A DNA stretch of 60,575 nt, the filler included, from Asterionella formosa (taxonomy: Eukaryota), in the NCBI GenBank assembly GCA_002256025.1. It is 23 parts of 23 records of this genome, joined end to end, with 100 filler letters (N's around TTAATTAATTAA, not from the genome) between each part and the next. Parts side by side here need not be neighbours in the genome. Positions count along the whole stretch, not along the records: positions 1 to 16,121 come from NKIB01005090.1; 22 more parts are not named here. The stretch is one strand, 5' to 3'. The position numbers and the translations under genes were made by a program. Below the pieces are notes generated by a model that was given only the letters and a program-made list of their open reading frames with translations, ran no database searches and was not told where the DNA came from. Below, one piece after another: positions 1-12,397 of the stretch (its first letter is position 1; each line of letters begins with the position of its first letter).

Positions 1-1010
1 AAGCACAAGTTGAATGCCCATTTATGGATTCAAGTTTCAGTAGTGCAACAATGTAAAATATTAGAAACCGGAAGTCACATTTCATCTAATTACGGTTTTC
101 ATTAGCTATACTAGTATTGATTGAGAGGAAGCAATGGTAGAATGGCTACCAAACGGGCAGGGGCAAACATAGAGAATCCTACTAATTTTTCTTCCCAATG
201 ATCCCAGTCTCTTCTTGAATGTCACTTGCTACAGAAAATGTAGAACAGCCGCCATGATCTGTTGATTGTTGCTTTATGGTGCCACTGACCGAGACCTCCA
301 GAAATCTCAATGAGTTGCTTGTTTCTTGACTTGAATGCAAAAGGGATCGAAACCAGTGGAAAAATCAAAAAAGAACTAAAAATGCTCTGCAAACATCATC
401 AGGACAATTGTGAAAGAGAAATGAAGGTTCTTGGGAGGAGAAGTAAAGGGATAATTGTTTCTGCTGGTCTTGCAGGAACAAGAATAGATTGACCCAAACA
501 ATGTTGACAAATAGGTACCTACGGGAAAAGGAAGCAATGCTTTCAGCATCATCAATCTATACACAAGCCTGCGCCACCTGATGTCGTCAGTATAGCTACC
601 TCGACTTCATCAATGAAGAAGTCAATGGGTGGAGCATGTGAGGAAAATCGGGGTTGAGGTTTTCTTGACGCCAATGTGGACCTGCTTGGCTGAACTCCTT
701 GCAGATGAAGATATTGAGTAACCTGGGCCTGTGAAGCCGAAGGATAAAGAAAAATCTACGACAAGGGTGGTGAGATAGTGTTTAGAAGGGGGAGCAAAAG
801 ATATCATAGCTGAACGCATTCGAAACTTGTATAGACAATAAATGGTGACATGCCATGGCTGCTCTTGGCTGACAGCTGCCAAGTCAAGTACAAACACAAC
901 GAGCGAGGGTGCACAAAAGACAGTCCATGACTGGCTGATAATTAGTTGTGAGACTCACCATTCTCTAATGGGGTGGACTTTGATCATTGCTTCGTTCAAA
1001 GCACAATCAA
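1..1010 (+). mobile_element. Degenerate IS630/Tc1-mariner-like DDE transposase remnant (5'-truncated by window edge)
   Basis: Frameshifted reading gives FLPNDP.., LNAKGIETSGK, ..SKGI..IDPNNVDK, SLRHLMS, DFINEE, RKIGVEVFLTP..LAE...EDIE, ERIR. This parallels the more intact copy at 60089+ (DFLHEQ..RKVGVEVILTSKCHAELAVEGVEY..RIRKF). Bases 1..652 are homologous to 31968..32626. Confidence 0.6.
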
Positions 1011-1739
1011 TTCGAATGCTGTCCAGTGAAACAGCCAATGAAAACAATTGTGGCGAAAAAGCGCAGAACAGATCAAGAGCGAGATTTCATAGGAATTAAA
1101 ATAACAGCAGCAGGGCATATATGATGCACTGCTCCTTGTGTAGACTAGCTATATTTGATCATTTCCATATTTCATACTATACAGGTGCATGGATGACTCC
1201 TCCCGCCCTTTCATTAGATATGCAGCCATGTTGCGATAATTCTACAGGACCTATATAGGATTGGTAGTCTGGTGGTCATCATTTCCGCATTGTATATATA
1301 CCAGTAGGAGTCACCATGTATGCATGCATGCTGCGATAATTCTTACAAGACATAAAATTTGGTAGCTTGGGGGTTATCACTTCCGTACTGTATACAGGGG
1401 GAGGAAGGGGTTGCATGCATGAGCAACTACTCCGGTATAAATAAAAACTATGATCTTTAATCAATGAATTTAGATTCGTTTATCCTATAACTTTGATCAT
1501 AACATATTGATCATATGATGAACGGTTTCGTTGATGAGAAAATGAACGATCAACATTTATTTTCAAGAATCAGGATCAATCGATTTTAAAAATTATGATC
1601 AAATGATCCTATACACATGAGCATATTCAGTTTTCCGCTGCACTATAGTGGTATTTCCATGATGGAAGTAATTACCAGCAATTATACAGGACTAGCACCG
1701 GTAGGCCATATGAATTTTGGTCAATATGTCTATATACAT

Positions 1740-1945
1740 AAATGTATGATTTCGACCATTTGAAAAATTGGTGATGACTCCCATTTATTAAGGGGCTTAA
1801 TTAAATCAGCCACTGACTTGTAGGTACAAGAATTGACACGACAAAAATTGAAAAAACTCAACAGGTCATGGAAAACTATGAACTCATCATGCATCGTATA
1901 TATTTGAATTATGTATAATCAAAATTGATGAAAGTATACACAGGA
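1740..1945. repeat. Dispersed AT-rich repeat; inverted homologue at ~28410..28610
   Basis: The motifs atgactccca..aaggggcttaattaaat..acttgtaggta..agaattga..caggtc.tggaaaac..tatatatttgaattatgtataa occur as the reverse complement at 28410..28610. Confidence 0.7.
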
Positions 1946-2726
1946 TGTGCCGTATCATGAGGGTGTTTCAAACTATGAAAATGTTCAACTATATATACAT
2001 TTAAACTTGTTACAAATCTTTGTATATATGTTTTCATGGCTGAAACATGTTTTCATGTGGTTCCTTGTCATGCATACACTTTGCTCCTGAATTGAAGGAT
2101 TAACACAGATGATGACGCGGAAAACGAAAGTGATAATAAAGCACAAATGAGTGATACTTGCGGCTTAGAAGAGAAGGGCGGAATCAATTGATGGTAAGTC
2201 AAGAGCAAATGCCTTTCATGTTCCTTATCATACTGCATCCACTTCCTGAAATGAAGGATCTCAAGCAACGAAAAACTGAAGTAACAATACACCATGCGGC
2301 TAAGAAGGAGTGAATATGATGGGCAGAGAAGGGCGGAATCAACAAGCTGTGTATGTATCACAGCATGTCAAGAGCATACGTCCCCTTTCAGTGATTCAAT
2401 AGCTCCTTTTCGATTTGGTGACTGGCCAACCATCAATGGCTGTGGACAAAAGAAATCGGTAAGTGCTGCTGCCTATCAGCCATCTTTGGATCAATCTACA
2501 ACTGTTAGAAAAACTGACACATGTGTTGCTTCTTTCAGGATAATGGTAGACAAACAGTAATTGTAAGTTACAAACAGCAGTGTTGGAGCCCCATTTATTG
2601 ATCGATATTTTGCTTCTCATTCAATCTTCGACTGACATATTCTTCTACAGAAATATGCATCAGTTACTTCCTCAATTTGTGGTAAGTGAAGCAAGATAGA
2701 AGCGAAATGAATGTTGTTGTGTAACC

Positions 2727-2983
2727 AAAACATGAACAGCTAGCTAACAATGAATTGCTTCTCTTTGTTAGTATGATTGGGACAATGAAACGGATTAAAT
2801 AGTAATAGGAAAATGCGTGAATGCAAACTCAGATCCGTCAGGAGTAAATGGAACAAAAACATGAACAGCTAACAATGAATTGCTTCTCTTTGTTAGTATG
2901 ATTGGGACAATGAAACGGATTAAATAGTATAGGAAAATGCGTGAATGCAAACTCAGATCCGTCAGGAGTAAATGGAACAAAAC
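2727..2983. repeat. Tandem duplication, 2 x ~128 bp
   Basis: The unit aaaacatgaacagct...gattgggacaatgaaacggattaaatag...gtaaatggaacaaaa is repeated near-identically. Confidence 0.9.
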
Positions 2984-3096
2984 AAGCAGGGGAACAACGG
3001 CAAGGCAACCAGTACAACAACCTTCAGAATTGGATTGGGGGAGGTGGAAGTGAAAGCGGCACCAACAATCATTGCGATGAGAGCATTGTAGAAGAA

Positions 3097-3468
3097 CATT
3101 CTGTAGCCACTTAAGATATGATAGAATCATAGAACCATTCTTAGCTAAATATAGTTTTAAATTTCGATCAATTTCATCCTATGTTAGACCAGTGATATCG
3201 ATGAGAATTACGATCATGCTAAGATAGATCTATGACAAAAGTATACACATCATATAACCATGTTTAACTAATTATATGATGCATTCTGTAGCCACTTAAG
3301 CTATGATAGAATCATAGAACCATTCTTAGCTAAATATAGTTCTAAATTTCGATCAATTTCATCCTATGTTAGACCAGTGATATCGATGAGAATTACGATC
3401 ATGCTAAGATAGATCTATGACAAAAGTATACACATCATATGACCATGTTTAACTAATTATATGATGCA
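3097..3468. repeat. Tandem duplication, 2 x 185 bp
   Basis: cattctgtagccacttaag...aactaattatatgatg starts at 3097 and again at 3282, with few mismatches. Confidence 0.92.
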
Positions 3469-6400
3469 ATGGTATTATAACTATGATAGTATCATCATAC
3501 TTCAAGCTCGTAAAAGTTTACTGATCAACCTCACTTTTCATATGCGTTGCTATGTATTCTTTCTTTTATATGATTATAGATTTATCCAACAACTCAATAC
3601 TAGCTATGTTGGTTATCATTTTAAGAAGTGGCTGCAAATCAAATCGTAGTATAGTTTCGAGTTGAAGAGGCTGTCATTGGACCCAAAACGAGTTTCTCTT
3701 TCAATTTATGAATCAATAAACTTTGTGACACATTGTTAAGGCAAATCTGAATGTTGTCCCACTCTTCAGAAGACAACTTCTTTCGATATCAAGGGTTTGC
3801 TTTTTCGAGGTGCTTTCATGGTCATGATGAATTGTATTATGATGGTGATGTGTGCTTTTTTTTCAATTTTGTATTATTCATTTGCGCGTACAAGAAATTC
3901 CAATTTGACATTTTCCATACTACCTGTATGTGAGTTATCTCTTCATTATGGTGCACGAGCTAAAGAACAATGACATCGTATCCATATTAGATAAATTTGT
4001 TGGGGATACTTAACTGATTCTCAAGCCAAAGGATGTTCTGATTGCGTGCAGAAAATATTTTCTCAGCGCATTATCCCATTTTTTGCATTCCCGTTGGTTA
4101 TGGTTGTTTCCCAATAATTCTACTTGGATATTAATTGCATCTTTTGATTCGTTATCCTAAAAATAGAGTATTGCATTACTATTGTCAGAAGTATCCTCTG
4201 CTTGCTCCAGCAGTGACTCTATGAAATTTTCTTTAAAACTCGCTGCATTATGGCACGTTCTATATTCTACTTCATTACCTGAGATAAGCTGCAATCAAAT
4301 CCTAAATTGGAAAAATCTCAATTGATAGTAGAAAGTTTGCAAACCTGACCGGATACTCATTTTTTAAAATTATGTCAAAGTTCACGGTTGTGGTGTGGAA
4401 CTGTCAAATAAATACGATCCGCCTTTCTTCAACTCGACACCAGTTTTATAACAAAGTATTAAGAAAAGTAAAAGGTTGATGTATAGTCATAATTAAAGAA
4501 TTGTCAGAAGTTTTACACGCTTTTTTTTAAAAACACTCACTCACTCTCAGGAAAATTGAATAGTGAGAATTGCTAATATTTCTTCAAAATATTATAATAC
4601 TGTCGAAAAATTCATAATATTTCAATACAACAATGATTATTGTGGATTTTGGCGCTTCCTATATTCTACTTTCCTACCTGAGATGACAATTAACAGAATG
4701 GTTGTGTGATGACAGAGCGATAAAACGAAATAATCCCCAAGATAATAATTCAGTTTAAAACAGTTTTGCAAATCAAAGATATGAATGATTTATAAAATTG
4801 GAATGGTTGTGTTATGACAGTCCCATGCTATACAGAACTTTTTTGACTGAATATAGAACTTATCTCCTCATTACAATTTCTATATTTTGTTGCGATGGGT
4901 TTACAAGAGAAATTCATGCTATTTTATTTGTCCTTGTTTCTTCGGGTGCTCGAGTCACTTCTTTTTTGTCAGTTGTTTTATTCACTAGGTTGACCATGTA
5001 TTGAAGAAGAATTCCAGCACCCATATTGTCCCGTTGTTCTATTATTGAAGTCGCTGGAATTGGTGTGTTTGACAGGTGATCCAATGTTACTTTAATAACG
5101 GCTGGAATCATGCTCAGATTATATTTCGTAGCCACGGTAGTCTTGGTATGATAATATCAAAATAGAGAGTATTTTTTATAAACATATTAATACATGCATT
5201 TATGTAATGTTTACCATTATACAACAAAATCAGCAATCGCTTGAACAAGTGGCATTAATTATAAACTAGCAATCGAAGTCCAGGCACCTTCATCTCTCTT
5301 CACCTTCTTTATAAATAAGGTCTTTATTGACACATATCGATATTTGGAGCACTGCTGCTGTATGTAATGCTGGATCTAATAGGCCAGAGTCAGCGACATG
5401 CATTTTTAGCCAATTTGTTCTGCAAAGCTCGGCTTAAATTATTTTCATATCCTCGAAATTGATCACTTCCATTCTCAGACATGACCTAAAAAAACTCTTG
5501 CCATGAAATTGCTCCTCTTTTTCCTTGCGTGATACGTTTCGGTCTACGCATTAACTTCCCTAACAACTCTTCGTTCCTGTCGCGCAGTTCCAATTTTAAG
5601 CTGCAAACAAAGTTTCTGAAGCTCGTGCTTCTCTATTTCCACAAGACTTGCCTGCATTGACCCCCTATGCTTTGCCTTCCTTGACTCTACTTTCCTGTCT
5701 TGTGGTTTCAATTTTTTTCTGCGAACATGCTGCGAACAAAGATTCTGAAGCTCATGTTTTGTTGTTTCCTTTTTTATGTCAAGACTCAATCAATCATTTT
5801 GGACCAAGTTCGAGAAGTGTTATATTTATCCACTAGGGATCATGTCAGAATAAATTTAGCTCACCAGAGTAAATCCAGGAATGAATCAATGACAGCAGGC
5901 TGGTAGAAGATGTTATGTATGACTTTCAACTCGCAGTTGAGGGTCATAGATTCCAAAAATCCAGGTCCACATTCAATGATAATTGAAGTGCATAATGAAT
6001 TGCTGCAAAAGTCTTCCATACATTTGTAGTGAATTCAACCCATCAGGTTGCTGCTGTGAGCAGACAAGTGTGATCAAATAGGTAAAACAAACTTATAAGT
6101 TGGATGACATCAATATTCTAATTCAATTGACACACCTGAGTGTAGCTAGTTCCAGTGTAGCCATCATGATTTTCTGCACAATTGAAGTAGAATAAGAAGA
6201 GAACGAAGAATTGTTTTTGGAAGGTGGTTTGCTTTCTTGGCTCTCCAGGTACGTCAGTTGCAGCTTCCTCATTAACAAAATTTGAGCCAAGCCTGTTGCT
6301 ATCAGCTATCATAATGTCATACTTGCTGCTTTGGGGGTTCAAAGTAGCCTTGCCTGACTCTCATTTCTTACACAGCTTCATTTGGAAGAGGAATGCTATA

Positions 6401-6680
6401 GAAGGTTTAAGTAGATTTTTCAGAATGGGATTGCTGTGTATTAATATTAATGATAGTAGGAAGTTCACTGGGTTGCACTTTCTTTCCAGCTTGCTTGCTG
6501 CAATCAAAAATATGTTGTGTGGTTGGGTTAGTTAGGGCTTTAGGGAAGTAAAGTTTTCAGAATCAGGGTGCTGGGCTTTTCCTGAAATGATAAGAATATG
6601 TTGTTACCTACGAGTCTATGGCTTCATTGATAACAACAATGACTGTCATATGTAAAATTTTATTGGTCATTTTTACCTCG

Positions 6681-6859
6681 TTTTTATATATTTGCTGAGC
6701 TTTCTGTAGAGCAAAGTAGATTATTTGTGTTTTTTAGTGTTGGCAAGAATGACCAAAAGGCAAGACAATGTTATTTTTATATATTTGCTGAGCTTTCTGT
6801 AGAACAAAGGTAGATTACTTGTGTTAGTGTTGGCAAGAATGACCAAAAGGCAAGACAAT
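6681..6859. repeat. Tandem duplication, 2 x ~93 bp
   Basis: tttttatatatttgctgagctttctgtaga...ggcaagaatgaccaaaaggcaagacaat occurs twice. Confidence 0.88.
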
Positions 6860-7441
6860 AAATCAGATAATTTATGTGTTAGCTACATACAAACAAGAAA
6901 AGCGCCAGCAACAAAACTTTAAAAACGACCTCCATTCATGATTGAATCTTGAAATTTCTTTCACGATAGGCTTTAATTTAATTTAACAAGAAAGAAGGGG
7001 TGTGAGAAGAAGCAGCTCAGAGTATGCATCACTTACATCAAACTTACCATGAAAAGGACATCATCGTAAATGCGGTTTTCCATGCATGCTTTCGGCATGA
7101 TTTTTACAATTATGAGGTCGTGCAAGAATGAGTATCTTGATAGTAGACTACTGATATATATGACTGTATTCTAATATAATAAAATGTGGGTGTTGACAAT
7201 AAAATATGGGCGTGGACAATTGTGCTCATTTCCTACTACTACAATGTATCAGACTCCTGTAAAATGAATGCACGACAATGCTGGCGCGGTCTGTGCAGTG
7301 TTGTATGAGCAGACTGACACGAGGACCTCTAATTTTACCACCCTTCAACTGCTACCAGCACTCTCTGGATACATAAGGACAAAAAAATCCCAGCAAAACT
7401 TAGTGACTTCGGGCGCTGGAACGCGGGGACCAGGCAGTATC

Positions 7442-7535
7442 GGTTTTGTTCGTCTGTTTGGTACAACAGGACCTGTCTTTTTTCAGCAGCAACCACACCC
7501 AGAACCCTAGTTAGGACTAAATGAAGCTAGAAGGC
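7442..7535 (-). mobile_element. Partial copy of the SINE family at 45853..46104 (central part)
   Basis: ggttttgttcgtctgtttggtacaacaggacctgtcttttttcagcagcaaccacacccagaaccctagttaggactaaatgaa aligns with the reverse complement of ~45915..46005. Confidence 0.7.
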
Positions 7536-7559
7536 TCACGGTGGACCGTGTAGCGCTTC

Positions 7560-7930
7560 CTGACAGCATTGCCAGCCCTCGCTTCTGGTGTTCATATACT
7601 TACTTACCCACCCAGGCTGCTGCTGAGCAAGGTTGGGTCCATTGAAAGAACTTGTAGGTCAAACCGGAAATTCATCTGACTGACAAGTATCGAATCTGCT
7701 AACAGAAGCAAACAATAATCAACCTGCCTCTTTCATTCCCTTATCCGGACTAAACTTGAAGGCATCACTGCAACCCGCCCTTGTTGATCAGGTTGTACAG
7801 TAGTATCGCAATCACGAGGATGCTAGAAACGGAATAAATCTGGACAAACTTGCCTGCCAACGAAAAGAAATTGCAAGCAATAATCGATACACAGCCCAAT
7901 CAATGGCTTGCCTTTGAGCCACTTCAACCG
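7560..7930 (+). pseudogene. Possible decayed C-terminal region of a diatom DDE transposase
   Basis: The stop-interrupted reading LNLKASLQPALVDQVVQ*YRNHEDARNGINLDKLACQRKEIA resembles the C-termini of diatom pogo-like transposase ORFs. Recognition is from recall only. Confidence 0.3.
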
Positions 7931-8154
7931 TTTTTGTCACTTTTGAAATAGATGGATCTCAGTGTTCAAGTAAAAAATGATCTAATTCTCATGTGCTTAA
8001 TGAACTAAATAATGTCGTGCCAAAGGGTGAATGATTATAGCATAGTTCTAGATTTAGTCAGAAAACGATATAATAACGTGGTTCAAAGCCTTATAACTGC
8101 TGGTACCCTGGTATTGCTGGTATATGTGAACTGTATGATATTTGCAAATATGCT

Positions 8155-8261
8155 GGTACCTGCATGCAAGTTGCGGTCATTTTGCTAACTTTTTAATCTC
8201 AGATAAAGATAGCTAAGCTAAATCTTTAGTTTCAGCAAAATTACCGCAACTTGCTGGTACC
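8155..8261. mobile_element. Tiny MITE-like element with 21-bp inverted repeats, bounded by GGTACC on both sides
   Basis: The arms gcaagttgcggtcattttgct (8166..8186) and agcaaaattaccgcaacttgc (8234..8254) pair with 1 mismatch. The same arm occurs solo at 17775..17795. Confidence 0.6.
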
Positions 8262-8402
8262 TTGCTTGTACACTGCTGCATCAGTCATGATAATGACTGT
8301 TACTATGTCAAGTAGTATAGATATAACATTATTTTTGTTCATACATAGCTAGCAGTATTAGCACAGCAATTAGGGGGTATAAAGTACATAGTTGTGTATG
8401 TT

Positions 8403-8825
8403 CATGTATATGCAGTCACCGGGTGCTTCATTTGCATAAGGGTGGTCATTCAGAAAATCTATTTGCATTTGCCCTCAAGTTCTAGTCATTGTCAGCACAT
8501 TCTAGTAGTCACTGTCAGCCAATTCTATTTGTAGTCAGCAAATTCTATTCATAATCAGTAAATTCTAGTCATAGTCAGCAAGTTCTAAATGTAGAATGAT
8601 TCCTATTTGTATTCCAAAGCAAGAAGACAGTTCGCTGAATGTGTTGATCAGGAAGCAAATCCGACTCATGTTCAGAGTTTGATTCTGCAAATCACTCATC
8701 ATGGGTCAATAAGAGTAATGTTTTCCAAAATAACTTAAGGAACATTATTTTCATCGAAAGCTGGCCTATCTCGTCTGACAGGCATGGGATGTATCATTGG
8801 GAGTGAATTGTAAGTGAAAGTTGTG
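8403..8825 (+). repeat. Dispersed ~350-420 bp repeat with internal ~20-bp tandem units; second copy at 46202..46543
   Basis: Shared blocks are gtcattcagaaaatctatttg, catgttcagag..tgattctgcaaat, cttaaggaa.attattt.catcgaaagctggcctatct and ggcatggga...atcattgggagtga. About five ttctagtcat.gtcagca units lie at 8479..8588. Confidence 0.85.
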
Positions 8826-9194
8826 CATAAAATGTGAACTACCGGTACTGGACCTTCCAGCACCACCAGGTACCAGGTACCTGGTAGTAACTCTCCCTCC
8901 CACACATCCCAGCCATGCATCGGTTTCCCCCAGACTTCTTCGTGTTCCGGTATGCTGACCACTAAAAACTAACAATGATATCATGCGGTCTGTGGTACCT
9001 TGTACCAGCTACGTAAAACCTGTACTCCAGATTCCATATACGGTATGTACCGGAAAACGCACTTCGGCGCCATAAGCATCTCGCACCGCACATCTGCAAT
9101 GATAAAACACGACAAACATCTGGCAAGGAGCAAAGAAAATAACAAAGCCTACCGGGTAATACTGTGACCGGTAATCGACAATTCGACACCAAGA

Positions 9195-10346
9195 ATGATA
9201 GTTTCCAACATACTGGTACATCGGATAATACGACCGACATGCGCTATTATCTCGGGTCCAGCCAACCTCTCAATCAGCAGCAAGAGCTGCAGACGCTTGG
9301 CCTCGTTTTCGTCGCGCGCCTCGGGGACAAGTCTTCCCACCAAACCAAGCGCCAACAAGTCGGTGAGCAAGCCAGCCACGACTCTCCGACCTCAACACAT
9401 CACCGTCAAACGCCTGGAGCCCTTTGGCATAACCAATTCTCGGATCCGCCCTCCGCACCCATTGCCACATCAATCGTCTGTTCGACTCAAGGCTGTCCAC
9501 GCAGCTCACGCCATTGACATTATCAATGTGCTGACCAAAGTCTTTCGGGATTTGCCCATTCGACATTCCTTCGGGAAAATGTCAGTCGTGATGGAGTTGC
9601 CGGACGATCAGTACATTTGCGTCTATCGATTTGGAAGTGTCGTCTTTTTCAATGTACCCGTCAAGGAATGTGCTCGTTGGCTGGGGGACATTAAGTTACA
9701 TGCGACCAAGACCATTGCAACTGGCTTTGAGCGAAAGGAACATTTCGAAGTAAGGAAAAGTGACCAACTGCACTCGACAATGCCTGTTGTGACGGGAACC
9801 TATTGTGTGGTACCGGAATTCAACATGAATGCTGTGTCTGTCATTGGGAATATCATGGCACAAACGGTAGCATTGGACACCTATAGTGATACCGTCGATG
9901 CCTTGTTGGCTGAATTCGCATCGATCAATTCGGCAGTCAATGATTTGGGTAACTTTGAAGATTCTAAAAAGTCGCATTTGTTCAAAGTGGTGGCGCACAA
10001 TAATTCGATCTTTATTGATATGATTTCCAAGTTGGGAATCAAAGATCGGAGTGATGCTGCTTGGAATCTGCCCCTCCTACAAACGGTCCATGAGGGTCTA
10101 CGGGAAGAATTTGAAATATTAGAGCGCTTTGAGCACATTGAATTCAAGCTGGATTTGATTCAACAAAACGCTAAATTCTTTATGGAAGTTCTGCACAATC
10201 AAAAGTCCTATGCATTGGAATGGACAATTGCGTTACTTATTAGTTTTGAATGCATACTTATGATTATGGATATGAGTGGATCAGGTGAACCGATTTTTGA
10301 AGCCTTAAAAGTCATGGCTGGATGGCCTCCATCTACGGATGGGTAG
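9195..10346 (+). CDS. RMD1/RMND1-like DUF155 protein, probably mitochondrial
   Basis: 383-aa intronless ORF with VYRFGSVVFFN, IMAQTVALDTY, DAAW, EEFEILERFEHIEFKLDLIQ and QKSYALEWTIALLISFE (DUF155 signature plus C-terminal TM). The N-terminus is R/S-rich and acid-free. Confidence 0.88.
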   Translation: MIVSNILVHRIIRPTCAIISGPANLSISSKSCRRLASFSSRASGTSLPTKPSANKSVSKPATTLRPQHITVKRLEPFGITNSRIRPPHPLPHQSSVRLKAVHAAHAIDIINVLTKVFRDLPIRHSFGKMSVVMELPDDQYICVYRFGSVVFFNVPVKECARWLGDIKLHATKTIATGFERKEHFEVRKSDQLHSTMPVVTGTYCVVPEFNMNAVSVIGNIMAQTVALDTYSDTVDALLAEFASINSAVNDLGNFEDSKKSHLFKVVAHNNSIFIDMISKLGIKDRSDAAWNLPLLQTVHEGLREEFEILERFEHIEFKLDLIQQNAKFFMEVLHNQKSYALEWTIALLISFECILMIMDMSGSGEPIFEALKVMAGWPPSTDG

Positions 10347-12397
10347 GTCGTACACAAACCATGATGTCTGACTGGATTCTACTCTCAACGAATCATGCAT
10401 TTTGGTAACACTTCCGCTTGTGAAGTTAGTTCGAGTGCAAATATGCACTAATGCAGTGGCATTTCAAGCAGTCCCTGGCTTTGGTGGGTCCCTGGTCGCA
10501 GGTAGTCATGCTAGTGAGGTTGAACCATGCCTTTCATAATAATGCCAACTTTTGAATAGTTTCATTCACTGCAGAAACAGGTAGCAAAATACTATGTAAA
10601 TTACAACCAGTAATCTTGTTAATATTCTTCTTCTAGCCTTTTGCACTCTTTGTATGTATGGTGCAGGTGTGAATTTGTAAGGAACAACCAAAATTACCCA
10701 TGACCTTCATGAACCAAATATGTATATACACTCACAGATCCAAATTTCTTTTTCAATTTATTCCAGTGGCTGCCAGTGTAGCAAAACTGATGCAACCTAG
10801 TCATGTGCAGACACATAAAAGTGGTCTATTAGAGGGACACATACTCAACATCAATGGCATCAACAAAAAATGTGATTGCACAAGCAAGTAAGAATGGATC
10901 ATGTCCACCACTCTATCAAAGGAGATCCTGAAAAATCCAATCCATGTTTTTCTCCATTGAAACCTACAAAGTCACTGAGATCCTTTTAAAATTTCTATTT
11001 ACATTTTGCACCATACATTGAAACATGAGTCACTAGTACTGATGACAATTTGACACCAGAACAAGAAGCTGGGACCAGAATTGACTCAAAGGGGGTACAT
11101 TAGCAAAACTTGGAACAAAGCAGTGGAATGCTCTGGTGATAATCCCTCACCAGTTAGTACACAAGAATCTTACATTAAATGGGACATGACCACTGCCTGT
11201 GAAATTTAACGGCCATGGTTACTATGACAATCTCCATCAAGGAAATTAACCTGATTATTGCACACTTAGATTACAATGAAAAACAAGGATGTAAATGATC
11301 AACAAGGGGACTTGAACAAAAATAGTCAATTATTCTCAATGGATTTGGTGCCTCTCAATCATGACTCAACAAAATGAAGCATTTTCTGGGATGCAAAGAG
11401 TTCATAGTGGAGAAAGTCATGGTCAAAATAGTGGGGCTGCAACCAAAGTAATGTTTTGTGCCTGCCATGGTCTTGCCTACTACTAGATAGCTACTACTAG
11501 ATAGACCATGGTGCAATTTTGCATAGTTGATGGCTCTTGCTGCACTTGCCATTTTGCATAGGACTTCCCTTGTAATCCTCAAGTGGAGAATTTTTTTTCG
11601 CGAGGGCGGAGTTGTATGTAGGATGCATTTGAGAACTTCATCGTTGGTACCAGGGGGTTGGTTGTACATGCAACTCCGCCCCTTATCTCATCGCTCAGAT
11701 ACCGGTTGTTCAACTTTTACCTGGTTCCTGGTATGTATCTACCAGTATATGTGAATGTTTTCATCTGTACTTCATACTCTCTTCATGAATAAATATTCAT
11801 ATATCAATATATTATATGAAATTATTTGCATTGTCGAAACATATCCCATTGTTGTGCCGACTTGCTGTGGATTCAATACAAAGATAGCACGCAAGGTTCT
11901 GGTTCCTCAGCAGTCCCAAGGATCCAGAAGGTCGGAGTATTCGTGCGTGCTTTCGATTAAGTTCTATACTAATTCAGTTGAACGAGTTTACAGGTAAAGT
12001 AGCGTTTTCGGTTGCTGTACTTATTCACATGTCAAGGAATGCTGTCTTCATGGATTCGGTCACATGTAATGAAAATTTTGCTCGCTTATTCCCGTTGTAA
12101 ATATAGATATCCAGCATTGAATATTGAATTGTGACAAGCCACGTACCAGCCTCCATGGTAGTAGCAGAGCGGTACTGGTACCAGGTACTGCGCAACTCCC
12201 TCCGGGCCCGGCACGTATTCTTCGCGGAAACGTCCATTTTCGTAGGCAATATCATAGTCTTTATGAATTAAATTGACGGTTGGGTCAACCATTCTGTTTC
12301 TGTTTTAGTTTCGCTCCCTCTCTCTCTCTCAGCTCTCCGAGTCTTTGTCTTGAGTTACTTGTCCCCGCCAGCCGCGGAGCACGAGAGCAAGCAAATC

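Noticed and set aside
8479..8588. ~20-bp periodic repeats as a CRISPR-like array
   Set aside because: The units are directly abutting with no spacers, and they are internal to a dispersed eukaryotic repeat.
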